64,000 nt of DNA from Chrysemys picta bellii (lineage: Eukaryota): NCBI RefSeq assembly GCF_011386835.1, contig NC_088796.1:47802001-47866000 (forward strand). The letters are read 5' to 3'. The position numbers and the translations under genes were made by a program. How positions within the stretch are numbered: the stretch's first letter is position 1; every line of letters starts with the position of its first letter. This document shows, one piece after another, positions 27,356-39,178 of this stretch. The notes beneath the pieces were generated by a model. It was not told the origin of the DNA. It did not search any database and saw only the letters and a program-made list of their open reading frames with translations.

Positions 27356-29593
27356 TCCTTACCACCTTTCTTGGTTCTGCTTTTAAGAAATCAAATGAAT
27401 AGATTCCCCCATCTCGCCTCCCATAAGTAATCACACTCCTATGACATGGGATCATTACAGTCTAAGCAGGGATGTGTCTGTTGGAGCCCATTATTAACAT
27501 GTTGACAACAAATCACTTGATGGACAGATGTGCATTTTGAGAATCACTAAGGGGCACGCAGGAGCTTCTTGGCCCAGTGAGGTACCACTCACCATTTAGG
27601 GCGGTCGGTGATGGAGAGCCTGACACCAGCTGTACTTTTCCTATCAAGGGAACCAGCTTTCCAACGCAATGGATTCTGAGCACTCCATTTTCATATTGTA
27701 GACAGGGGCTTGGCACCTGTCTACAGCCCAGTTACTTCCTTCTGAGTGCTATGAAACCTTGTGAAATGGCTGTGGAGTTAGGTCCTGGCTCACCATACTA
27801 AGCATGGTGCATTATTTATCACAGTTCATGGATGCTGTGTATGACCTCACTAAGCATGTATAGGAGGCTGTATGGGTCGGCTTCTCCCAAGACATGTGGC
27901 AGGATCAAGTCCTGTGTTCTTCAATTACAGCTAGCAATTCTGAACTGGCACCCTGTAGCTAGGATCTGCAAGGTTTTTGTGCAGTCATCTTCTTTAGTTC
28001 AATCCAAATGTGTTTTGGATCTATGTCCCATTTTATTTGAACCCCTAAATTTGTGGGGGTCCAGATAAGTGATTCTGGTCTGGAGACGTCTCCACAGAAA
28101 ATTTTTCTTGTGCACACAATGGGTATTTGCATTTGCAAAATAGGCTATTGTATGCATACGACTTAAGCTGTTTACTTGTTTGTTTTGCTTGTGCAAATTT
28201 TGCAGTCATAAGTGACATTACTTCTCAGCATGACATCTACCTCCAATGGGAGGCTCAAAAATGGCAATTGCTTTTTTAAAATGTCCTTTTCTAATACATT
28301 TCCCAGTTTAATCATGGTGAGAAATGCCTGTTTCTTTGAGCTTTCTGACAGCTGAGCTGAGCAAAATGGGTGCGGTTTCCTTTAAGAGTATCAGCGCTCC
28401 TCACATCTGGCATGCAAGAAAGCAAAAAAATAAAAGGGTGTTTCCAACAAACTCCAGCCTCATAAAAACCTTTTCTATTTTTCTGCCAATATCAGGCAAG
28501 CATCAATAAAAGAGAAAAAATAGGATAATAACTGAAGAGCTGCTTTATATAAACAGATCGTTGCTGATATGTAGACCACAGCTGTGCTTATGGCTGCATT
28601 AACTCGTCCTGATGTGATAAAACGTAAGAGTCTAGACTTCATGTGCCAGCTGATAAATGATGAGGGACAAATTAAATGGAGTTTTGTCAGCATGAAATGA
28701 CACTCTGTAACAGGATTCTGTCAATTAAGTGCTAGTGCAGTGCTAGAGAACACTGTCATTATACAAGTGCCTCTGTGGCTATAAATGATTGCCAAGCACC
28801 TTTATTAGAAACTCTGGGCTTTGATGCTTGCTAAAAGAATATCTCATCCATTTCAAAGTTCATTAGGCTGAAACTTGGCATGCAGGTTGTCAGTCCAGAT
28901 GTGAATTCTTATTTTCCAAAAAGGTATTTAAATCAATTTAAAACTTTGATCTAGAGATTGGCAAACAATTCTTAGGGTTTCTGTGGATGTGGATTCCAAC
29001 CTGTCAGGCTAATAATAGCTTCGTTTAAAAAAAAAAAGGCGCTTTTGCAGATAGTTAACCCTTCAAGCAAACTAATCCTGCGTGCTTTTTCAAAAATTGC
29101 TTTGAAATGGCTGATAATGAAAAATGTGAGCATGCCCAGTAGCCTTCTTGTCATGCATCAGTGCCAAATTGAAACCAGCCCATTGACCTGCAGTGTGATT
29201 TTTTTTTCTATTCTTCGTTTCTTGCTGCATCTTAGCCACTTCAAATTGCATTGCCCTACCACCCAGTATTCCATTCAAGTTCTCTGCCAAGATCCCCATT
29301 TTAAAACAAAGCAATGTTTTAAATTTCTTATGGCATTTTTGAATTAACTGCTTCATTACTGCACCCTGTAATACAAATCAAAGCATAGAGGGCTACCTGG
29401 TATATAACATCCCCATGGAGTAACAGAAGCAGCCTACCCTGTATCATGTAGTAAATCTCATCCCATGGCATTTGGGGAATAATTTTGTAATAAGTGCTAA
29501 AGTTTTATTGAAGCATGCCATTGATTTCTAGAGGATTTTGCATAGTGAACAACATCAGCAGTGGTACGATGCACACAGATATTGCATCGTTAC

Positions 29594-30045
29594 TGTCATG
29601 ACTGGGTCATGGGTGGTCATTCCTAGCAGTCAGAGTGGGAGTTGGGAGTCAGGCTAAGTAGGGTAACAGACAGGCCAGAGGGCAAACCAGAAGTCAGGCA
29701 CCAGGAGGCAGTCAGGGTCAGTTTACTGGGAGGTCAGGGTCCGAGGTAGGCCAGATGGTAAACCAAGAATCAGGCATCAAGAGGCAGCTAGGGTCAGAAG
29801 CCAGCGTATGGGATCTCTTGTGTGCAGGGTCTGAAGCCAGGCAGGCTGGCAGTCTATATTGTTGCTTGGACAACTCCCTGTCATGGCTTCCTGGCTTAAG
29901 TACCAGTGCCAGCCAATCAGTGGGCTGTGAGGAGCTGTCACTCAGGTCCTGCTGGGCAGTACTTCCTGCTGGAGCCAGCCTAGCCTAAGTCTGGTGTGGC
30001 GATGTCAGTGGCCCAGAACCCCCATGGTCCCAGGTTGTAGCCCTG
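29594..30045. mobile_element. Decayed solo LTR-like element (Gypsy-like)
   Basis: Begins TGTCATGAC, has reiterated gtcagg/agtcagg motifs and a GCCAATCAG box. Right end degenerate, no TSD. Confidence 0.45.
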
Positions 30046-30054
30046 CTGGAAGGA

Positions 30055-30300
30055 TGGCTGCCTGAGTCTGCAGGCAACCTGAAAAACTAGTTCTGAGAGG
30101 AATGAACCACTCCATGTATCTCAACAGGATATTAACTCCAACCACCCAATCAGCAGTAGAAGACTAAGTGGTACAAGAAAACTGTGGTGAGCCTGGCCCA
30201 TCAACCTAACTGGATACACCCCAACTTCTCTGGTAAGCACTAGCTTCCACTCCTGCTGCCCCTGAGGGGAGAGGGAGCCATGCTACTACTCCTGCAGTTT
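30055..30300. repeat. Unclassified old dispersed repeat, copy 2
   Basis: Homologous to 8682-8960 (ctgcctgagtctgcaggcaacctgaaaaactag...). Confidence 0.55.
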
Positions 30301-31708
30301 GATAAGAGGGCTCCATACCACTACTCCTGCCTCTCTGGGAGGGGAGGCCCAGAAACCACTGTCACTCCAGGTGTGGGGCAGGGCCACAGGAACCCCATGT
30401 TATGGTGTGCCGGGGGACCCAGATTGCTTTACTCAAGCCCTGTCTGTGACTCTACCATCTTCTGACCTTTCTGGTGGGAATGCTTCCCCCACAGTACTGG
30501 CAACAGCAGCAGAAATATTTGGTGGGAATTCTAAGCCCTCCCTCTCAGAGCAGAGGATTATGGGAAGAGTCCCCAGGTCTCCTGCTTCCACCCCATGGCA
30601 GAAGGGCTAGTTATGGAAATGCACTGGGCTCTGTTCCTCCCAGGTTGTGCAACTGTCTCTTATGCTGATCAGTTGCTGGGCTGTGCTTTAGTTACAATGG
30701 ATGTTCTTGCTTTTGTGTGTTAAAGCCAAATTGTTCAGGTCTCTTCTTAGCATTTAATATTAATAAATGGCAGATTTCTCACACACTCCAACTGGTGTTG
30801 TCCCCAGTGGAGCATAATCAATGGGTGAAGGGCCCTATTTTGGCTTTTTAATGGGATTGTGATTGATGCCTTGACGTTTTATGCCCCTGGCCATATGGTT
30901 ATAGGGTTTTGAAGGTGAGGTGTTGTTTTTGTTGTTGTTGCAATAGAACAAATAGGGCACCCTAAAAAGGGAAATTCCAATAAAGAAAATCCCAAAGGAC
31001 TTGTTACATAATTTGTCCTTGATCACCTTACTATTTTCCTCTTTCAGAGTTTAGGACAATGATAAGCCACTCATAATGTGATATTGATGGGATGGAATTG
31101 TCTGTCATTACTATGCTATGAAGAATTCTAGTTGCTGAGTGGAAGGAAGAGGTGGGAGGTGGATTTTCCTGTTTTCCTATACAGCAGCTGTTTATGTTCT
31201 TTCCATTATAAGAGAGGCAGAGAACTGGGGGGAGGGGAGAAAGCGAGAGAGAGTCAGTGCCTTCTGCAGAGAGCTGTCTCAGTGCTAAATTAAAATTGAA
31301 CCAGACTAATTTTAAGGCATTGAAATATAGCCATTTTATTTCCTCCAGCTGTGGATCTTCCCTTTCAGCTAGAAAAGGGAGGCAGAAAGACAAAGTGAAA
31401 GAAGGACTGGAAAAAATAAAACCTCAGGACACTTGTCAATACCAGCTCTTGAGTTAGGAAAATGTGAGCAGCACCAGAGTTGAATGAGACGATTCAAGAC
31501 TTTTTCTGCCTCCTCCTGGAAGTGACCTCCATGGTTATTCTTCACCAAATACACATCAGCTATACAATGCAAAAGATGCAGAGAATTAATACTGCAATAT
31601 TCACATCTCTACCTGGAATCCCCCTAACAATGTGATCCTTGCTCAGATAGTATCTATACCAGAGTCCTCCATCACTTTCCTTTTAGTTAAAGAATTGTTA
31701 GCAGAGAG

Positions 31709-31784
31709 ATTTTCAAAAGCACAGAGGGGAGATGGGTGCCCAAATTGAGTTGGGCACCCATCTCCCCTTTGTGCCTTTGAAAAT
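31709..31784. repeat. Near-perfect 35-bp hairpin (palindromic MITE relic)
   Basis: Arms 31709-31743 and 31750-31784 pair with one G:T and one A.C mismatch around a 6-nt loop. The ttttcaaaa / ttgaaaa ends are those of the window's palindromic family. Confidence 0.85.
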
Positions 31785-33416
31785 ATTCCCCTAGATGAGT
31801 GCACCCTGCAGTCTGAAGAACCCATTTCCAGATGTGAAGCTGGATTTATGACATTGGAGATTCCCAACAATAACAACAACAAAGTAATTATCATGTTTCA
31901 GCTCTTTTAAATAGCTAATTTTGCTAGAGTTCCAGTAATAATTGATATTTAAATATACAAAGCAAGATGATGAGAGTTAAAGAACATTTCTGAAAAGTGA
32001 TCAACGGGTGCCCATGAGTTTACAGGCATTTGTTTTGTTTTTGACATTTATTAAATGTCAGAAATATTGAGTGTTCCCGAAGTATCGGCCTAAACTTAAG
32101 TACCCTGAGTGACTTCATCTTCTCAAGAAAATGAAAAGCGTCTGTTTCTTTAACTCTTTAACCAGATGTGGCACATGTTACACTGAAGATTTAAAGTCTG
32201 AACATTCTCTGAGACCTGCTTGGTTTCCCTGTTCACTGACCGTCTACAGAGAATCCATGTAGTTTAATATGTTGCCCCCCAAACAAAATCATTATTCATC
32301 CCATTATGGTTGAGGCAGCATGTCTGAGTCACTGGGGTCGCCTGCAATTCCTTTAGAGCTGGGAATGTATCACAGTTTGAAATGACTTATCATTTTTGGT
32401 TAAATTGCTAAATTGCATTTTGAATGCTTGTGCTCCATACTGTGAAAGCAGATCCATAACAATTTCTCACTAACTGAAAAGTAACAAGAAATTGAGAGCA
32501 TTACTACATCAGAATAGTAATAATAATAATATTTTCAAGTTGCAGAAAGGGGGTGCAGCAGCTCTGGGGGGAAAGAAACGACTTTTCTTTTGGGGGCCAG
32601 AATCTTTGCCTTTCTGTGAGGGATGCAAATTTGTTCCAGGTTGCCTCTGACATCATGAGGATATCAGGACTATAATTCACTAATGATTATTTAAATTCCT
32701 AGCAGCATCTCCTAGCTCTGGCAATATAATGCTGATTTTAGGAGAAACTCTAGGTAGCACATTTGGTAGAAGTATTTGGCACATTTGTTTTACAAATAGA
32801 TTTCTAATTTGTATGAAGGTGTAAAAACAAATAAGGATGGGATGGAGAGGGGAGATTATTTTTCCCCATGGTGAACTGAGACCCAGATCCAGCACAACAA
32901 GTAAGGACCGGTTTCGGTTTGAGTATGTGAGTAATCCCATTGTCTTCAGAAAGACTACAAATGCAGTTAAGGTGCTCGAGTGCTTTGCTAGATAGAGGCA
33001 TTAGAGCTTGTAAAAGTACTTGGTCATCAGCCCTAGAAACAAAAGTCTCCTGTTTGGGTGAAATGCTGAGTCATTAGAAGGTTCTAGATTTCTGCCAAAT
33101 GAGGGATGCAGGCAGAAGCCAAACGGGGGTCTGTGCAGTCCCTTATGCCTCCCAGAGCAGAGCTGTGGTTCTCTCCAGCAGAGCATGGAAAGGGAGGGTT
33201 GCAAGCAGGTCACAGGACTTACTTGGGCTCAAAATAATGTGAACAGGGAGAAGGAAACATAGGGCTGTATCTGCTATGCTCCCACCCAGATCCTGTAGCA
33301 AGTGCTTTGGAGCTGCTCCATGGCTGCTGCTGTAGGTTGGGGCTGAGAATTCTGCCTAAAGTTACAAAAACAACAAAGAGTCTGGTGGCACCTTAAAGAC
33401 TAACAGATTTATTTGG

Positions 33417-33457
33417 GCATAAGCTTTCGTGAGTAAAAACCTCACTTCTTCAGATGC
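33417..33457 (-). ncRNA. Minimal type I hammerhead ribozyme of the PLE terminus
   Basis: Minus strand GCAU-CUGAAGA-A-GUGAG(guuuuua)CUCAC-GAAA-GC-UU-AUGC: intact core, perfect 5-bp stem II, palindromic AAGCUU stem III, 4-bp stem I. Confidence 0.7.
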
Positions 33458-33556
33458 ATAGAGTGAAAGCTACAGATGCAGGCATTATATACAGACACAT
33501 GGAGAGCAGGGAGTTACTTCACAAGTGGCGAACCAGTGTTGACAAGGCCAATTCAA

Positions 33557-34132
33557 TCAGGGTGGATGTAGTCCACTCCCAATAATAGATGAGGAGGTGT
33601 CAATTCCAGGAGAGGAAAAGCTGCTTCTGTAGTGAGCCAGCCACTCCCAGTCCCTATTCAAGCCCAGATTAATGGTGTTGAATTTGCAAATGAATTTTAG
33701 TTCTGCTGTTTCTCTTTGAAGTCTGTTTCTGAAGTTTTTTTGTTCAATGACAGTGACTTTTAAATCTGTGATAGAATGACCAGGGAGATTGAAGTGTTCA
33801 CTTACTGGCTTGTGTATGTTACCATTCCTGATGTCCGATTTGTGTCCATTTATTCTTTTGCGGAGGGACTGTCCGGTTTGGCCAATGTACATGGCAGAGG
33901 GGCATTGCTGGCACATGATGGCATATATGACATTAGTGGATGTGCAGGTGAATGAGCCCCTGATGGTGTGGCTGATGTGGTTGGGTCCTCTGATGCTGTT
34001 GCCAGAGTAGATATGGGGACAGAGTAGGCAACGAGGTTTGCTACAGGGATAGGTTCCTGGGTTGGTGTTTCTGTGGTGTGGTGTGTAGTTGCTGGTGAGT
34101 ATTTGCTTCAGGTTGGGGGGTTGTCTGTAAGC
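33557..34132 (-). pseudogene. PLE ORF C-terminus: Cys-rich linker + GIY-YIG endonuclease domain (5'-truncated, frame open for 191 codons)
   Basis: AYRQPPNLKQILTS...PCSKPRCLLCPHIY...FTCTSTNVIYAIMCQQCPSAMYIGQTGQSLRKRINGHKSDI...HFNLPGHS...RETAELKFI...GLNRD. Shows the VIY...YIG motif, the conserved R and E residues and the GLN motif of PLE endonucleases. Confidence 0.93.
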
Positions 34133-34159
34133 AAGCCTAAAGTTAGGTTCCTAGGTCTG

Positions 34160-34330
34160 TAAGTAGGCATGAAATGAGCTGATGGTCTCCTTCCAGTTTC
34201 TAATAGACTAATGTCCACATCACAAAAAGCACTACATGGCTCCCTTGTTGGCAGTCTCAGAAGAGAAAAGAACTGAAATAGCCATGGAGATTGAGCTATT
34301 TTATCACCCCATGCTGTGCCTGCTTTATGG
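34160..34330 (+). mobile_element. LF-SINE (LFSINE_Vert-like) central fragment
   Basis: tgaaatgagctgatggtctccttccagtttc...tgtccacatcacaaaaa...cccttgttggcagtctcagaagag...gccatggagattgagcta...tcacccc matches the LF-SINE consensus blocks as I recall them. Confidence 0.7.
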
Positions 34331-37300
34331 TTAATACAGACCTTAAGCTTCCATTACCTCAACTTAGCACCAGTTGCAAGCATGGCATGTGGGTTTGGAT
34401 TCCATACTCATTCCTTATTCTTATGGGCATTTCACCTGAATAAGAATTCAATAAGAATTTCTACACTGGGCCCTTAGGCCTTGATTCAAAGCCCTTTGAG
34501 GTCAGTGAGAGCCATTTTGTTGACTTTCCCTATCCTGTAAACTCTCTGGGGGAGGGATATATTCCTGGTCCCACTGTGACTATTCATGGAGTAAAATATT
34601 ACTTCATGCAGCAGAATCTGGATCTTTAATATCATGTAACATCTCTTCCAGTTGCTGAGACCCGGTAATAGGTTTTTTTGGTTGAGGCATGACATAGTTA
34701 ATATATTGGTATTCACCTTCATAGATATTTTCTCTCCAATACTTACCCATTGTGGGGTTGGAATAATTCTTCATCTGTCAAAACACACTCCTTGGGTTTC
34801 GTGAATTATAAACCAAGATCTTCTATACGTGCAAAGAAGGATCAAACTGTTACTTCTGTGCTTTCTTGCTCTCTGTCACCAGGCCATATTGTACAATCAA
34901 TTTTTAAGCAGAAATCCCTATTTAAATCAATTAGGTGTTCTACCTAAAAATCTATGGCATAACGTGTCCCAAAGGAAGGAAGCAGTTCCTGGGAGTAAAG
35001 GAAGGAGCAGCTTTTTGAATCACTGGGTCTTGTAAGCAGTAGTAAAGTGGACCCATAAAACAGAAAACATACTTCAAACTTTAAGGGGATCCCTGTATCT
35101 TAAAAGGAAGGAGAGAGAGAGATTTGAAAAGTGATTTTCAAACAAAATATATTTTTAAATTAAAAAATATGTAGACTTAACCAGACTTCAGTTACTTTGT
35201 ACTTGTGCTAGCTAAAAATAGAGGCTTTTTTAGCTCACTAATTTCCTCTGGTTTTCTTTGCCTTCTTCTATTAACCTGCAGGAACTGCATGTTAACCTAA
35301 ACAACAGTTGGACAACTGGGAGTAGATTGACATGATTACAAAACACACACAATACAATACCATAAAAGGTTATGAAGAGAGCAAGAAATGGCTTTGATTG
35401 CATTAATCTGAATGCATTAGTGCAACAGCTCTTTTGGTTATGCTAGCCACCTGAAGCTGCCATTGTGAACAAGTGAGCTTCTGGTTTTTAATCACTTCAA
35501 GTAAATGAGCTATTCTCGTTACCAACAGGGAAACAGTTGCCAATCACAATAGAGAAGAAAGCAGACCTACTGCAGGGCATGAAATTAAATTTTCCAGGTA
35601 GTAGCAAGTAATTGATACCACAGTGTGACCTTTGCCTAAAGCAGCCAATTTAGAGCAACTGGAACAGCACAATTCTTTGGCCACCAGAAACTCTGCTTTA
35701 AAAAGGAATGGTTCAAACAGCAATTTCTGTTTCTACTGCAGGTAACTTTGCACTCTTTGCACGTTCCATATAGTGAGGCTCTAATCTAATGCAGTTGGCC
35801 CCAAAACATTTTCACACAGATATTTTTTAAATGGAATTGTTAATTCATCCAAATGGAGCAATAAGGACAAACTGAATGGCACTCACTTCTGTCACTATTG
35901 TATTAGTGTGTCTAGTAGGTAATGACATATTTTCCAACTGATAGCTGAATGATTGAAAGAGCAGCTAAAAGACTTTTCCTACTAATCATCATTCTAATCT
36001 ATGGGACCCAAAAATAGTCCAACCCCGTGAGGTGCCCAGCACCTTTAGGCTTCTGAATGCTCTGACATGGGTGGAAGTTGGAGATGCTCAGCTCTGTATC
36101 AGATCAGCCCTAAGGGCCTGTTCCAAAGCCTACGGAACCCAATAAAAGTCTTTCCATGGAATTTGGATCAGGCCCTAAGGCTCCAACTCTGCACTGTGGA
36201 AGTGAATGGGTGCTTTGCTATGACTTCTAAAACCCCGATTCAGCAATCTATTTAATCACAAGCCTGACTTTGGCATATGAGTAGTCCCACAGAAACCATT
36301 ACCATTCAAGCCGCTAAAAAATGAAGTCCCCGACCCCAATCTATTTTTAGCTTTCTTATGTGGTCATTCCTGCATCATTTGTAATTCAGTGGGACTACCT
36401 ACCTTGTGTGCTAACAATTAGGCACATGATTAAGCACCTTGCTGGACTGGGGCGTAGGTGAACAAAAGCAGTTCAATGGCACTATGCCTTCCTTACCGAC
36501 CACACACAATCTCCTGCGTGCTGTATTCCAAAACTGACAGTTTCACTGTAGGTCATAGGAGTGCATCTATCAGTCCATGTCAGTTGAAAGATATGCACTG
36601 AATATAAATCAAATATAACCAAGGAATGCGAAAATATGATCAACAGAGGGGAAATTAGATGCATATCATTTAGAAATGCCCCTCCACCCACCACTCCCCT
36701 CCTAATTATTTCGCCTTAGAAACACATCAATAATAATACGTGAAGTTCTAGCCATTTGGTTAGAAATGTCTCCTGAGTTAGGTTTATTAGGATCCACAGT
36801 TCAGAAACATGGGGTGGATGGAGGGCAGAAAAAAAACACAATTAGATTTAGCTCTTTCAGCCATAAAATATTACGATTGCTAGAAACCAGAAGGTTAAAG
36901 CACCTCTATCCAATTTAGATTGCAATCATATTTTAATTCCGATTTCAATTAAAATGTTCATATTAGAAAAATTGGTCCAGTAGTATAGGAAATGGGGCAA
37001 AATACCTGGGAGGAGGAGGTTGGGGACCTACTCATATAGAATAGCATAAGAGCTTTGGTGCAAAGATTGAAAGCATGAGCAGAAAACTGATTACATTAAT
37101 AATTACTATTGTATACCTGGAAGAGTGACAGATGGTGGGATGTCCATTTCCCTTTTGTGCAGACAATTACAAAAATAATTGAATGATTCTCTTTCTCCCT
37201 CCTGCAATCCTAGTGTTTGTGTGTAGCAAAGCAGCCCAATTATTGGAGCAGCTCCTTGGGGACGTAGGCGGCCCCCAAATGAGGAGGAAGATGATCCTAA

Positions 37301-37335
37301 GCTTCCTTGGCCTTTCTGTGGCCCACACTCTCAAG

Positions 37336-37550
37336 CAGGGGCAGCTCTAGCTTTTTTGCTGCCCCAAGCACAGCAGGCGGGCTGCCTTCGGCGCTGAATT
37401 GCCAGCGAATCTGTGGGACCAGCGGACCTCCCGCAGGCATGCCGCCGAAGGCTGCCTGACTGCCGCCCCCACAGCAACCGGCAGGCCGCCCCCCCGCGGC
37501 TTGCCGCCCCAGGCACGCGCTTGGAGCGTTGGTGCCTGGTGCCGCCGCTG
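37336..37550. mobile_element. CpG-rich hAT MITE
   Basis: Ends CAGGGGCAGCTCTAG / CCTGGTGCCGCCGCTG (imperfect); perfect TSD CTCTCAAG (37328-37335, 37551-37558). Confidence 0.88.
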
Positions 37551-37754
37551 CTCTCAAGCTGCTATGCAAGAAGCTTCCACTGAGGTTCATTTTACACCAA
37601 GTAGCGGGTGCACATGCCCTGCAGCGCAGCCCCCACACGCAGCCTCTTGTGCAGCAGAACCGCACTGGTTTGCCTGCCTGGGGCATCTTGGTGCTGCTGA
37701 GGGAGGGCCTGGATTTTGGCCTGTGTGTGTGATAATATGTAGAAATATACACCA

Positions 37755-37881
37755 TGGGCCTGATTCTCCACTGCCTCACACTGTGTGTCAACATTTACAC
37801 CTGTGCCGCATGGTTACATTCTACACCCAGTGTCCAGCATAACTAACTCCACAGGTCTAAGGTGGTGGAGAATCAGAGCCT
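37755..37881. repeat. GGCC-ended palindromic MITE relic (Harbinger-like)
   Basis: Inverted ends gggcctgattctccac ... gtggagaatcagagcc. Confidence 0.55.
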
Positions 37882-38199
37882 ATGTATATAGAATCATTTT
37901 GCTAGACTTTCCTAGGCTCCTGAGTAATACAGTTAGGGCTACCCTGGGTCATGCTGAATCGTACCTTACTCCACAGTTCGTCCTATTGAAGTCAGTGTGT
38001 CTAGTTATTAGTAAGATACCACTTGACATGAGGGTGATAGAATCTCTCCCTTTAATGTGTAACATCTTTTAAATCTCTTTATGCTATCGGTTCTGTTTTG
38101 GTCATTTCAGTTTAAATATCTTCAATGGCAGCGCAAGTTCCTTTGCCATGATGCCTGCAAAGAGCTTTACAATTGTTGGTCTGCTGATGTGCTGAGCCC

Positions 38200-38414
38200 A
38201 CTGCCTACCATACTGACCAGTGTTGTTTCATTGTTTCCTTGTACTCCCCTGTCTCTCTGTATCCATCTGTTGTCTCTTGTTTTATACTTAGGTTATAAGC
38301 TCCTTGGGGCAGGAACCGTCTTTGTGTTCTGTGTTTGTACACCACCTAGCTGTACACCCAGGCGTCCTGGTCCATGACTAGGGCTCCCACGTTCTACAGT
38401 AATATAAATAATAA
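38200..38414 (+). mobile_element. L2 LINE 3' end
   Basis: tttccttgtactcccc...tctcttgttttatacttaggttataagctccttggggcagga...tgtttgtaca...cctggtccatgactagggctcc...ataaataataa; matches the reverse of 12685-12880. Confidence 0.72.
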
Positions 38415-38672
38415 GTGTTGGCCAAGTGTAAACCAAGAAAACCCGGAGAGTCTGTCAGAAGAGGATATGATAAATTTGTCCAAGACAGGGTTTCACTGTT
38501 ATGTTTGGGATTTGATTTCCTGTGCCAGGTCTCCTGTATTCTGTTTTAGTCCTGCTGATATTGAACAATGATGTGGTTTAAGAAATGAAAAGCAACTGCT
38601 CTACTTGGATGGGGAAGGTTGCCTGATGGATGCTAGTGCTGTCCTCTGGCCTGAGGTAACTAAAAAGTGGTG

Positions 38673-39019
38673 AGTAGCACCCCCATTGATGAATGGCAAA
38701 AATGAGGCAAGAGAAGTTAAGGCTTAATTTTTGGGACGTGGTCTCTCATTGTGGGTGCTTTTGTTTTTGGATGCCCAATGGGAGACACCTCATGCCTGAT
38801 TTTTTAAGAGGTACTGATCACCTGCAGCTCCCCTGGACTTCAACTGGAGTTGTGAGTATGCCCAGTGCCTGTGAAATTCGAATGCTAGGTGCCTGAAATT
38901 GGGCATGCAAAAACTGAAGCACCCAAACTTAGAGGCCCTTTTCAAAAATATGGGCCTAAGTAACCTGGCCAAGATCTTACAATCACTGGTAAAGCTGGTG
39001 AGCAGAATCTCTCTGCTGA
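38673..39019 (-). repeat. Left arm of local inverted duplication (partial copy of the SINE+MITE composite at 41292-41625)
   Basis: The reverse complement of 41292-41625 aligns end to end; 38689-38788 is identical to the reverse complement of 41510-41609. Confidence 0.92.
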
Positions 39020-39178
39020 TTAAGGAGGTAGAGTGCACAATCTGCTCCTAGGAGGTGCCATTAAGAAAGCTGCAGTTCCTGTAAGAGCTCAGTGAGTGTG
39101 TGAAACAATCATAAAGTACGAGATACTATCACATTCGGCCTTGAATCAAAGATAGAAGATGGTCAAATGAGGCTAAAG

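Larger units (their letters stand above)
33365..34134 (-). mobile_element. 5'-truncated Penelope-like retroelement (family A)
   Basis: GIY-YIG ORF followed by the PLE 3' terminal repeat; 11-bp TSD GCCTAAAGTTA (33354-33364, 34135-34145). Confidence 0.95.

Noticed and set aside
26800-27402. 200-aa and 141-aa ORFs
   Set aside because: They read through a solo LTR nested in a MITE; low-complexity Pro/Ser-rich, no gag/pol features.
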